Below, in pieces: positions 39,646-51,559 of a DNA stretch of 64,000 nt (position 1 is the stretch's first letter; every line of letters starts with the position of its first letter). This DNA comes from Mobula hypostoma (taxonomy: Eukaryota), in NCBI RefSeq assembly GCF_963921235.1, contig NC_086097.1:254078001-254142000 (forward strand). The letters run 5' to 3'. The notes under the pieces were generated by a model that was not told the origin of the DNA, ran no database searches, and saw only the letters and a list, made by a program, of their open reading frames with translations. Position numbers and translations under genes: made by a program.

Positions 39646-42455
39646 CACTCACCTTCACCTCACATATACTACCTTACGATGCATTTTTTCAGGAATTTAC
39701 ATAAAAATACAGTAGAATTTATAGAAAACTATACATATTTATAGACTGACAAACAACCAATGTGCAAAAGAAAACAAATTTAAAAGTAATACTGAAAACA
39801 TGAGTTGTACATAAGAACATAAGAAATAGGAGCAGGAGTCGGCCATCTGGTCCATCGAGCCTGCCCCACCATTCAATAAGATCATGGCTGATCCGGCCAT
39901 GGACTCATCTCCACCTACCTGCCTTTTCCCCAAACCTTTAATTCCCCAACCTTGTAGCATTCTTGAAATTGTAGATTATGAGAGCTGCTCAATGTTGGGG
40001 TGAGTGAAATTATCCACACTGGTTCAGGCACTTGATGGCTGAAGGGTAATAACAGTTCCTTAACCTGATATTGTGGAACCTCAGGCTCCTGTATCTCCTG
40101 CCTAATAGTGAGGAGAGAGTCCTGACTCTTGTTGTTGGATGCTGCTTTCCTGCAACAGTGCTCCATGTAGATGTGTTCATTTTGTAAAATGTCAGATGTA
40201 GGAACAGAAAATAACTGATGTGACTAATGCGAGTCTAATCTTTAAATGCAGATGATATAACAAAGGCTACCAATTCTTCTGCATTGTCCTGGGTACAGGA
40301 GATGAGTAGAGATACCCAAAGATTATTAGGTAAGAGTCTGAACAGGAGAGATCAGCTGCAGGTGTAGCTTGTGGGGGTGAAGGCCTTTTCCTACTTCTTG
40401 GATGGTCTGAAGAAGTTGACAGCTCTGGAATTAGCTCACTAACTCACTTTTAAACTGAACTTTCAAAACCTTCCACAAACAAGAGGAAATCAACAGAGGC
40501 TGGAAATTCAAGCATCCTGCCGAAGGTTCTTGGCCCGAAACGTCGACTGTACTCTTTTCCATAGATGCTGCCTGGCCTGCTGAGTTCCTCCAGCATTTTG
40601 TGTGTGTGTTCTGATTTCCAGCATGTTCAGTAACTGTGATCTGGGGAGAATAGAACTCTTCTGCCCTCTGCTGTTCGAGGCAGGAACTGCAGTTTCCAAC
40701 AGTGAATTACTGTACATTGAAATTATGGTAAGACTATAACACATAAGATACAGGAGCAGAATTTGGCCCACAGGGTCTCCTCCATCATTTAATCATGGCC
40801 GATCCATTTTCACACTCAGTCCCAGTCTCCTGCCTTTTCCCCATAACCCTTCATGCCCTGACTAATCAAGAATCTGTCAACCTCTGTCTTAAATGCATCC
40901 AATAATTTGGCCTCCACAGCTGCCTGTGGCAACGAATTCCACAGACTCACCACTCTCTGGCTAAAGAAATTTCTCCTCAACTCCGTTCCAAAATGATGCC
41001 CCCTCCATTCTGAGGCTGTGTCCTCTGGTCTTAGACTCTCCCACCATAGGAAAAGTCATCTCCACATTCACTCTATCCAGGCCCTTCATTGCTCAAGATT
41101 CTGGCAAGGTGGCAGCACGACTGGTCACAGCAGCTTCTACGGCATCAACAAATGGTGCTACCACTCTACCTAAACATACATCTAATGATCGTAAGATCCT
41201 GCTATTTGACTTGCTGGTGGCGATAATGAAGAAGCTACACAATATGCTGCTATCTGAGTCGGTGGAGGCTTCTGGTCAAGTAGTGAGTGGCCATCATGGT
41301 CGCTTTTCCTGTGATCACAAAACCCCTTTGGACATTGTTAATCTGGTACACTGCAAGTTCCATTTGTTGACTAATTGGATGTGAGCCAGGGTGGGTGGAG
41401 GGGTCTGAAGTGTGGACTGGGCCCGAAGCCAGGGTGTTGCCTGTATGCAGCTGCCCGGAGTGAGGGGATAAAGCTGCTGTGCTCCACCCGGGCTGGTGTG
41501 GCATGCTTTCAGAACGGAGTGACAGCTGCCCTCCTGGAGTTCCGCTCGGCAGAATACAAGCTCTGTTGTGGCCGACCGCAAACTTTTTGGCAGCACTCAA
41601 TGGACTTGGGCATTAAGCTGTGGGGTCACTTGCTTTTTACCCACTGGAGTGAGGCGTCCGAGCCATCGTGTTCTACTGGGGAGAGCGTAGTGCAGTTGTG
41701 GTGAATGAAGATTTAAAATGGACTGAGAGGTCTGGACTATACACATATATATTGCCGGGTGTGTTGTACTTTACTATTCTTTATGTGCTTGTATACATGA
41801 GAACTGGGGTCTCAAAGCCAAGGTGTTGCCTAGGAGGCATCAGGGGCCAGTCAACTGATGATATCGGTGAGCTGGAGGGGTGGGGTCTGGACTATATATA
41901 CAGTGTCTATATAAAGTATTCACCCCTCCTTGGAAATTTTCCTGTTTTATTGTTTTACAACTTTGAATCACAGTGGATTTAATTTAGCTTTTTTTGACAC
42001 TGATAAACAAAAAAAGACTCTTTTGTGTCAAAGTGAAAACAGATCTCTACAAAGTGATCTAAGTTTATTACAAATATAAAACACAAAATAATTGCGTGGA
42101 TAAGTATTCACCCCCGTTAATACGACACACCAAATCATCATTGGTGCAACACACACAAAATGATGGAGGAACTCAGCAGCCTAGGCAGCATCAATGGGTC
42201 TGGGCCCGAAACGTTGGCTGTCTACATATGCTGCCTGGCCTGCTCAGTCCCTCTGGCATCTTGTGTGTTGCTCGTTTCCTTTTGGTCATCAGTGGTGCAG
42301 CCAATTGGTTTTAAATGTCACATAATTAGTTCAGGTGTCCTGGCTATACATAAAACTGTGTGCTCTCAAGGTGTTTCAATTGATTGTAGTAAAAATACAC
42401 CTGTATCTGGAAGGTCCAACTGCTGGTGAGTCAGTATCCTGGCAAAAACTACACC

Positions 42456-45400
42456 ATGAAAACAAAAGAACACTCCATGCTAAGGTTTTTGAAAAGCACA
42501 AGTCAAGAGATGGATAGATGAAAGTTTCCAAGTCACTCAATATCTCTTGGAGTACAGCTGAGTCAATTAGCAAGAAATGGAAAGAATATGGCACAGCTGT
42601 AAATCTGTCCAGAGCAGGCCGTCCTCAAAAACTGAGTGACCGTGCAAGAAGGGGACTAGTGAGGGAGGCCACCCAGAGACCTGTGAGATCTCAGGAGGAG
42701 TTACAAGCTTCAGTGGCTGAGATGGGAGAGACTGGGCATACACAAACTGTTGCCCGGGTGCTTCACCAGTCACAGCTTTATGGGAGAGTGGCAAAGAGAA
42801 AGCTTCTGTTGAAAAAAAACTCACATGAAATCTCATTAGAGTTGGCCAGGAGGCATGTGGGAGACTCTGAAGTCAGCTGGACGAAGGCTCTATGGTCTGA
42901 TGAAACCAAAATTGAGCTTTTTGGCCATCGTTATGTTTGGCATAAGCTAAACACCACACATCATCAAAACTACACCATCCCTACCTTGAAGCATGGTGGT
43001 GCCTGCATCATGCTGTGGGGATGCTTCACTGCACCAGGCCCTGGAAGGCTTTTGAAGATAGAGGGTAAAATGAATGCAGTAAAATACAGGGAAATCCTGG
43101 AGGAAAACCTGATGCAGTGTGCAAGAGAATTGTGACTTGGGAGAAGATTTGTTTTCCAGCAAGACAATGACCCCAAGCATATAGCCAAAGCTTCGCAGAA
43201 ATAGCTTAAAAACAACAAAGTGAATGTCCTGGAGTGGCCATGTCAGAGCCCAGACCTCAATTCAAATGAGAATTTATGTCTGGACTTGGAAAGGGCTATT
43301 CACTCATGATCCCCATGCAATCTGACAGAGCTTGAGCAGTTTTGTAAAGAAGAATGGGGAAAAACTGTGTCTGTGAGGCCAGTGTTCTGTGCTCGGTGTC
43401 AGTTGTGGGAGGACCTGGAGTCTCCCAGCCTCTCGGACGGCCATATCTACACCAGGAGTGTTGAGCTGCAGCTCCTAAGGGACCGAGTTAGGGAACTGGA
43501 GATGCAGCTCGACGACCTTCGTCTGGTCACGGAGAATGAGGAAGTGATAGGAAGGAGTTATAGGCAGGTAGTCACACCGGGGCTACGGGAGACAGACAAG
43601 TGGGTCACAGTCAGGAGAGGGAAGGGGAAGAGTCGGGTACTAGAGAGTACCCCAGTGGCTGTACCCCTTGACAATAAGGACTCCTGTTTGAGTACTGTTG
43701 GGTGGGGACAGCCCACCTGGGCGAAGCAACAGTGGCCGTGCCTCCGGCACAGAGTCCGGCCCTGTGGCTCAGAATGGTAGGGAAAGGAAGAGGAAGGCAG
43801 TAGTGATAGGGGACTCTATAGTTAGGGGGTCAGACAGGTGATTCTATGGACACAGGAAAGAAACTCGGATGGTAGTTTGCCTCCCAGGTGCCAGGGTCCG
43901 GGATGTTTCAAATCGCATCCAAGATATCCTGATGTGGGAGGGAGAACAGCCAGAGGTCATGGTACATATTGGTACCAATGACATAGGTAGGAAAAGGAAG
44001 GAGGTCCTGAAACAGACTACAGGGAGTTAGGAAGGAAGTCGAGAAGCAGGACCACAAAGGTAGTAATCTCGGGATTACAGCCTGTGCCACATGACAGTGA
44101 GTATAGGAATAGAGTGAGGTGGAGGATAAATGCATGGCTGAGGGATTGGAGCAGGGGGCAGGGATTCAGATTTCTGGATCACTGGGACCTCTTTTGGGGC
44201 AGGTGTGACCTGTACAAAAAGGACGGGTTGCACTTGAATCCCAGGGGGACCAATATCCTGGCGGGGAGGTTTGCTCAGGCTACTGGGGAGAGTTTAAACT
44301 AGAATTGTTGGGGGGTGGGAACCGAACTGAAGAGACTGGGGAAGAGGCGGTTGTCTCACAAATAGAGAAAGTTTGGAGACAGTAAGACGGGGACAATAGG
44401 CAGGTGATAGAGAAGGGACGTGCTCAGACCAAAGGTTTGAGATGCGTCTATTTTAACGCAAGGATTGTTGTGAACAAAGCGGATGAGCTTAGAGCATGGA
44501 ACAGTACTTGGAGATATGATGTGGTGGCCATTACAGAGACTTGGATGGCTCAGGGACAGGAATGGTTACTTTAAGGGCCAGGTTTTAGTTGTTTCAGAAA
44601 GGACAGGGAGGGAGGCAAAAGAGGTGGGGGCGTGGCACTGTTGATCAGAGATAGTGTCATGGCTGCAGAAAAGGTGGACATCATGGAGGGATTGTCTACG
44701 GAGTCTCTGTGGGTGGAGGTTAGGAACAGGAAGGGGTCAATAACTTTACTGGGTGTTTTTATAGTAACAGGGATATTGAGGAGCAGATAGGGAAACAGAT
44801 CCTGGAAAGGTGTAATAATTAATTTCCCAAATATTGATTGGCATCTCCCTAGAGCAAGGGGTTTAGATGGGGTGGAGTTTGTTCAGGAAAGTTTCTTCAC
44901 ATAATATGTAGATAAGCCTACAAGAGGAGAGACTGTACTTGATTTGGTATTGGGAAATGAACCTGGTCAGGTGTCAGATCTCGCAGTGGGAGAGCATTTT
45001 GGAGATAGTGATCATAATTCTATCTCCTTTACAATAGCATTGGACAGAGATAGGAACAGACAAGTTAGAAAAGCATTTAATTGGAGTAAGGGGAATTATG
45101 AGGCTATCAGGCAGGAAATTGGAAGCTTAAATTGGAAACAGATGTTCTCAGGGAAAAGTAAGGAAGAAATGTGGCAAATATTCAGGGGATATTTGTGTGG
45201 AGTTCTGCATAGGTACGTTCCAATGAGACAGGGAAGTTATGGTAGGGTACAGGAACTGTGGTGTACAAAGGCTGTAATAAATCTAGTCAAGAAGAGAAGA
45301 AAAGCTTACGAAAGGTTTAGAGAGCTAGGTAATGTTAGCTATCTAAAAGATTATAAGGCTAACAGGAAGGAGCTTAAGAAGGAAATTAGGAGAGCCAGAA

Positions 45401-47342
45401 GGGGCCATGAGAAGGCCTTGGCGGGCAGGATTAAGGAAAACCCCAAGGCATTCTACAAGTATGTGAAGAGCAAGAGGATAAGACGTGAGAGAATAGGACC
45501 AATCAAGTGTGACAGTGGAAAAGTGTGTATGGAACCAGAGGAAATAGCAGAGGTATTTAATGAATACTTTACTTCAGTATTCACTATGGGAAAGGATCTT
45601 GGTGATTGTAGGGATGACTTGCAGTGGACTGAAACATGTAGATATTAAGAAAGAGGACGTGCTGGAGCTTTTGGAAAGCATCAAATTGGGTAAGTCACTG
45701 GGACCGGATGACATATACCCCAGGTTACTGTGGGAGGTAAGGTAAGAGATTGCTGAGCCTCTGGCGATGATCTTTGCATTAGCAATGGGGATAGGAGAGG
45801 TTCCGGAGGATTGGAGGGTTGCGGATGTTATTCAAGAAAGGGAGTAGAGATAGCCCAGAAAATTATAGAGCAGTGAGTCTTACCTCAGTGGTTGGTAAGT
45901 TGATGGAGAAGATCCTGAGAGACAGGATTTATGAACATTTGGAGAGATATAATATGATTAGGAATAGTCAGCATGGCTTTGTCAAGGGCAGGTCGTGCCT
46001 TACGAGCCTGATTGAATTTTTTTGAGGATGTGACTAAACACATTGATGAAGGAAGAGCAGTAGATGTAGTGTATATGGATTTCAGCAAGGCAATTGATAA
46101 GGTACCCCATTCAAGGCTTATTGAGAAAGTAAGGAAGCATGGGATCCAAGGGGACATTGCTTTGTGGATCCAGAACTGGCTTGCCCACAGAAGACAAAGA
46201 GTGGTTGTAGATGGGTCATATTCTGCATGGAGGTCGGTGACCAGTGGTGTGCCTCGGGGATCTGTTCTGGGACCCCTTCACTTTGTGATTTTTATAAATG
46301 ACCTGGATGAGGAAGTGGAGGGATGGGTTAGTAAGTTTGCTGATGACACAAAGATTGGGAGTGTTGTGGATAGTGTGGAGGGCTGTCAGAGGTTACAGCG
46401 GGACATTAATAGGATGCAAAACTGGGCTGAGAAGTGGCAGATGAAGTTCAACGCAGGTAAGTGTGAAATGGTTCATTTTGGTAGTTCAAATATGATGGCA
46501 GAATATAGTATTAATGGTAAGACTCTTGGCAGTGTGGAGGATCAGAGGGATCTTGGGGTCTGAGTCCATAGGACACTCAAAGCTGCTATGCAGGTTGACT
46601 CTGTGGTTAAGAAGGCATACGGTGCATTGGCCTTCATCAATCATCGGATTGAGTTTAGGAGCGAGAGGTAATATTGCAGCTACACAGGACCCTGGTCAGA
46701 CCCCACTTGGAGTACTGTGCTCAGTTCTGGTCACCTCACTACAGGAACGATGCGGAAGCCATAGAAAGGGTGCAGAGGAGATTTACAAGGATGTTGCTTG
46801 AATTGGGGAGCATGCCTTATGAGAATAGGTTGAGTGAACTCGGCCTTTTCTCCTTGGAGTGACGGAGGATGAAGGTGACCTGATAGAGGTATATAAGCTG
46901 ATGAGAGACATTGATCATGTGGATAGTGAAAGACTTTTTCCTGGGGCTGAAATGGTTGCCACAAGAGGACACAAGTTTAAGGTGCTGGGGACTAGGTACA
47001 GAGGAGATATCAGGGGTAAGTTTTTTACACAGAGAGTGGTGAGTGTGTGGAATGGGCTGCCGGCGGCGGTGGTGGAGGTGGATACGATAGGGTCTTTGAA
47101 GAGACTTTTGGATAGGTACATGGAGCCTAGAAAAATAGAGGGCTATAGGTAAGCTGAGTAATTTCTAAGGTAGGGACATGTTCAGCACAACTTTGTGGGC
47201 TGAAGGGCCTGTATTGTGCTGTAGGTTTTCTATGTTTCTATGTTTCTATAAAACCCTGTCCAGATTTGTGAAGCTGATAGTGGCCTATCCACACAGACTC
47301 AAGGGTATAATTGCTGCCAAAGGTGCATCTACTAAATACTGA
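42456..47342 (+). pseudogene. Tc1 transposase pseudogene (42456-43365, resuming at ~47255-47342)
   Basis: [45 protein letters not shown] and C-terminal IIAAKGASTKY*; contains stops. Confidence 0.9.
43366..47249 (+). mobile_element. CR1 with ORF1 and ORF2 (decayed), inserted in the Tc1 transposase
   Basis: ORF1 CxxC..LRDRVRELE..IGDSIVRG..GTND..DGLHLN; ORF2 endonuclease and RT; (TATGTTTC)n tail; possible TSD AAAAC. Confidence 0.95.
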
Positions 47343-47608
47343 TTTGAAGGGGGTGAATAATTATGCAATCAATTATTTTGTGTTTTATATTTGTAATTAA
47401 TTTAGATCACTTTGTAGAGATCTGTTTTCACTTTGACAAGAAAGGGTCTTTTTCTTTTATGCAGGTTAATGCAAATTCTGCATTGTTGTGTCTTTACTGA
47501 TATTCTCTATGGGGTTGTTGACCTATACATCAGGCCGCAGTTTTGCCGGGTGGGGGAAGTTGGCCTCAGGAGTCATTACATGATTGTGATTGTGTGTGCA
47601 CTAACTGT

Positions 47609-48022
47609 CTTCTCCCTGGATTGTCACCTTGTCATGGTGGAGAGGCTTGTGTGGTCCTGAGATCCCGAGAGCAATGCCCTCTGGAGCCATGGTAGGGTCA
47701 CCCATGGCGGTAAGGTCGAGGGTGAGGTCCCTGACAAAGAACAATCCAACCAAGACCTCAACGGTGGAACAGGCGGACGAAGTTACTTCAAACTCAACGG
47801 CTGTGAAGGCGGATGAAGGCTGCAACAAATCCATCAGCTCCAATCGTCGTGGTTTCCGTGCCATTGGAATCGGTTGGTTGATTTGTGAAGTATCGTGTGC
47901 TTCTTGGAGTGAAACATCAAGTACACGTTATACAAATACACGCACAGGCGTCTTCGCTCTGTGGGCCACTTCTTCAGAATGAAGACCATCATCCTCGACC
48001 TCGAGGGATAGCTATGACGACG
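47609..48022 (+). mobile_element. 414-bp non-autonomous RTE-like retroelement
   Basis: 9-bp TSD ACTAACTGT (47600-47608, 48023-48031); head CACCTTGTC.TGGTGGAGAGGCTTG resembles RTE/BovB/Expander 5' UTRs as I recall them; (GAC)n tail; second copy at 5161-5574. Confidence 0.85.
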
Positions 48023-49189
48023 ACTAACTGTGTGTGACTGTTGGTCATTTGTCTTTGCTCCTTGACCCTGTAGTAACGTAATCTCATTTAGCTGTATGGT
48101 TCAATGACAATTAAACTTGAATTGATTGAATTGATGTTGTGTTCTAGCTATCCATGTGATATGCAAGCCTGCAAGCCAGGGCAGTACGATATGGGGAGGG
48201 AGCTGTTGCCATACGACAGGCTCCGCTCTCCACACAGCTGATATATCCAAAGGAAAGGCAGAGACCAATACCAGCAGCATCACAAGAGTTGCCAGTCACT
48301 GTGGTGTTCAATGTAGGACTATGTTAGAGACTCCAGCTCTGGATTTTTCCTCAGGGTTTACTCCCGAAGCCATTCTCATGAGGGGACGTAGCCACAAGGC
48401 AGCGGAGGTTGGAGATGAGAGTTTTCCTTCTCCTAGATGAGCTGCTGTTGATGACCACAGCTTATGAGCTCTATTTGACTGAAGCAACTGGTCTTAAGGC
48501 ACCTCTCCTGTTAGTAGAAACGGTTCTGCTGGGCCCTCTCGTCACCATCTGAGATTCTACCAACAATGGTTGTACAGTCAACAAATTTGTAGATGGTATT
48601 TGAGCTATGCCTAGCCACACAGTCATGGGTATACGGAGAGTAGAGCAGTGGGCTAAGCACACATCCCGGAGGTGCACCAGTGTTGATCGACAGCGAGGAG
48701 GAGATGTTATCACCAATCCGCACAGATTGTGGCCTTCCGGTTAAGAAGTCAAGGATCCAATTGCAGAGGGAGGTACAGAAGCTCAGGTTCTACAACTTCT
48801 CAATCAGGATTATGTCCCCCTCAAGTTCAGGTGTAAACCGTCCCTTCTGTACAGGTCCCACCTTCCCTGGAAAAGAGCCCAATGATCCAATAATCCAAAG
48901 CCCTCCCTATAGAATCAACTCCTTTGCCACATGTAAAACTGTATAATCTTCCCACGTAAGGAAACACAGATACTAAATTGTGTTGAAAATCTGATCAGTA
49001 ATATTTCTCCAAAAGAACATTCACTCTTTACTCCTTCATTATCACACCAGTGGAGAAACTGACCCTTCAATAGTTGCAGCTGGAATTTGAATCCACAACA
49101 CAGAGTCAATGGCAGGAATCTTAGCAGTTTGGAGGAACGGGGATATTGTGAAAAACATCAATACAATATAATTGCTAATGCGATATCCA

Positions 49190-49935
49190 CAATTGGAAAA
49201 TCACAAATGCCTCTCCACTCTTCAAGAAAGGAGAGAGACAAAAGAAAGGAAATTTTAGGCCAGTTAGTCTAACCTCAGTGGTTGGGAAAATGTTGGAGTC
49301 AATCGTTAAGAATGTTATTTCAGAAAACTTGGAGGCTCATGATAAAAAAGGCCAAAGTTAGCATGGCTTCCTTCATGGGAAACCTGAAAAATCTGCTGGA
49401 ATTCTTTGAGGAAATAACAAGCAGAATAGACAAAAGAGAATCAGTGGATGTTGTGTACTTGGATTTTCAGAAGGCCGTTGACAACTGGATGGAATTGATG
49501 GCTTTGTTGCAAATTTTCCAGAGGATATGAAAATAGATAAAGGGCGAAAGTTCTGAGAAAGTAGAGAGGCTACAGAAGGACTTAGACAGACCTGGAGAAT
49601 AGACAAAGAAATGGCAGGTGGAATACAGTGTCAGGAAGTGTATGGTCATGCACTTTTGTAGAAGAAATAAAAGTCTTGACTCTTTTCTAAATGGAGAGAA
49701 AATACAAAAAAAATTGAGGCACAAAGGGACTTGAGAGTCCTCATGTAGGATTCCCTAAAGGATAATTTGCAGGTTGAGTCTGTGGTGAGGAAGGCAAATG
49801 CAATTTTAGCCTTCATTTCAAGAGAATGTAATGTTGAGACCTCATAAAGCACTGGTGAGGCCTCACTTGGAGTATTGTGAGCAGTTTTGGCCCCCTTAGA
49901 AAGGATATGCTGACACTGGAGAGGGTTCAGAGGAG
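49190..49935 (+). mobile_element. Heavily decayed CR1 RT fragment
   Basis: LLEFFEEIT..VDVVYLDFQKA. Confidence 0.8.
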
Positions 49936-50189
49936 GTGTTCACTCAGTGCTGCTCTCTGGTGTTTGCCCAGTGGAAGAACAATCTACAGTCATGCCACTC
50001 AGCAACTTGGGCTATATATTTTTTTCATGACTGTTTGTTTTTCTGAAATCATAACATATGTGCTATTTACATTACGTGGTATGTGCTGTGTGCTGTTCGT
50101 AATGTGTTTTGCACCTTGGCCCCAGAGGAACTCTGATTCATTTGGCTATATTCATGGGTGGTTGAATGATAATTAAACTTGAACTTGAA

Positions 50190-51190
50190 GTTGACGCTGC
50201 CTTCACCCATATCTCCTCCACTTCCTGAACTTCCACACTCTCCCCATCTTCCTGCCACCTTCTTAGTGACAGAGCTCCTCTTGTCCTCATCTACCACCCC
50301 ATTAGCCTCTGCATCCAATGCGTCACCCTCCACAACTTCCACCATCTCCAAAGGGATCCCACTACTAAACATATCTTTGTCATCCCTCCTCCTTCCACAG
50401 GGATTGCTCCGTCTGCAATTCTCTTGCCCATTTGTCCCTCCCCACTAACCTTCCTTACGACACTTACCCCGCAAGGGGCCAAGGTGCTACACCTGCTCCT
50501 ACATTTCCTCCCTCACCTCCATTCAGGCCCCAAACAGTCCCTCCAGGTGAGGCAAAACTTGTCTCTGGTCCTCCTGATGCAGCCTCCTTTGCGTTTGTGC
50601 GACCCGATGCAAACTGGGGGACTGCTTTGTCAAGCACATACACTCCATCCAAAAATGGAACTTCCCAGTAGCCAAATATTTTAATTATGATTTGCATTCC
50701 CATTCTGACATGTCAATCCATAGCCTCCTCTCGTGCCGTGATGAGGCCACCCTCATGGTGGAGGAGTAACACCTTATATTCCACCCCGGTACCCTCCAAC
50801 CTTCCAGCAAAAAGAATTTCACTCCTCTTTTCCTCTTTCCTCTTCCCCACTCTCGCCTCTTACTTCTTCTCCTTACTCACCTATCACCTGCCCCTTGGGT
50901 CCCTTCCTCCTTCCCTTTCTCCTATGGTCCACTCTCCTTTCCTATCAGATATTCCTCTCCAGCCCGTTGCCTTTCCCACCCACCTAGCTTCACCTCTCAC
51001 CTTCCATCTCGTTTCCTCCCCTATCCCCCCACCTTATATTCCGGTGCCTTCTTTTCCAGTCCTGAAAAAGGATCTGGGCAGAAAACATTGACTGTTTACT
51101 CTTTTCCATAGATGCTGCCTGACCAACTGAGTTCTTGCAGCATTTTCTGTGTGTTGCTTTGGATTTCCAGCATCTGCAGAATCTCCCAAG
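50190..51190 (+). mobile_element. Penelope-like element 3' relic
   Basis: Homologous to 16810-17355 and 60450-61240; pyrimidine-rich tract followed by GATGCTGCCTGACC..CAGCATTTT. Confidence 0.7.
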
Positions 51191-51559
51191 TTTATGATTT
51201 GAACTTGCAGTTCAGTTTTATTTTAATTCAACAGTTCACATGTATACTGCCAAACGAAACAGCATTCCTCTGGACAACACAATACATCTGCAAACCTGGA
51301 AGTTCGGGCAGGCATATAGAGAGAAGAGCTGGGGGCAGTGGATCATCCCAGCTGCCTATTTTCCGCTCCACAGATACTCCTTGACCTGCTCAGTCCCTCT
51401 AGATTTTCAGCACCTGTTCAAACCCACTGTAATTATATCTGATTTAATCTAATTTAAGGACCAGAGTCATTAACCATGTTTGATTTCCATGTTAAAGTCT
51501 GCTTTTGTGTTGACATCATTGGTGCGTGTTCCCTTTGCTAACTCACTGAATACTGGAGG

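Larger units (their letters stand above)
41901..47455 (+). mobile_element. Tc1-family (IR/DR type) DNA transposon, interrupted by CR1, right end truncated
   Basis: TA|CAGTG left end; direct repeats AAGTATTCACCCC at 41914 and 42101; ~47348-47455 is the reverse complement of the inner half of the left terminal inverted repeat (TIR). Confidence 0.92.

Noticed and set aside
47629..47982. ORFs shared by the two 414-bp elements
   Set aside because: Sharing reflects recent copy identity, and the peptides have no recognisable motif.
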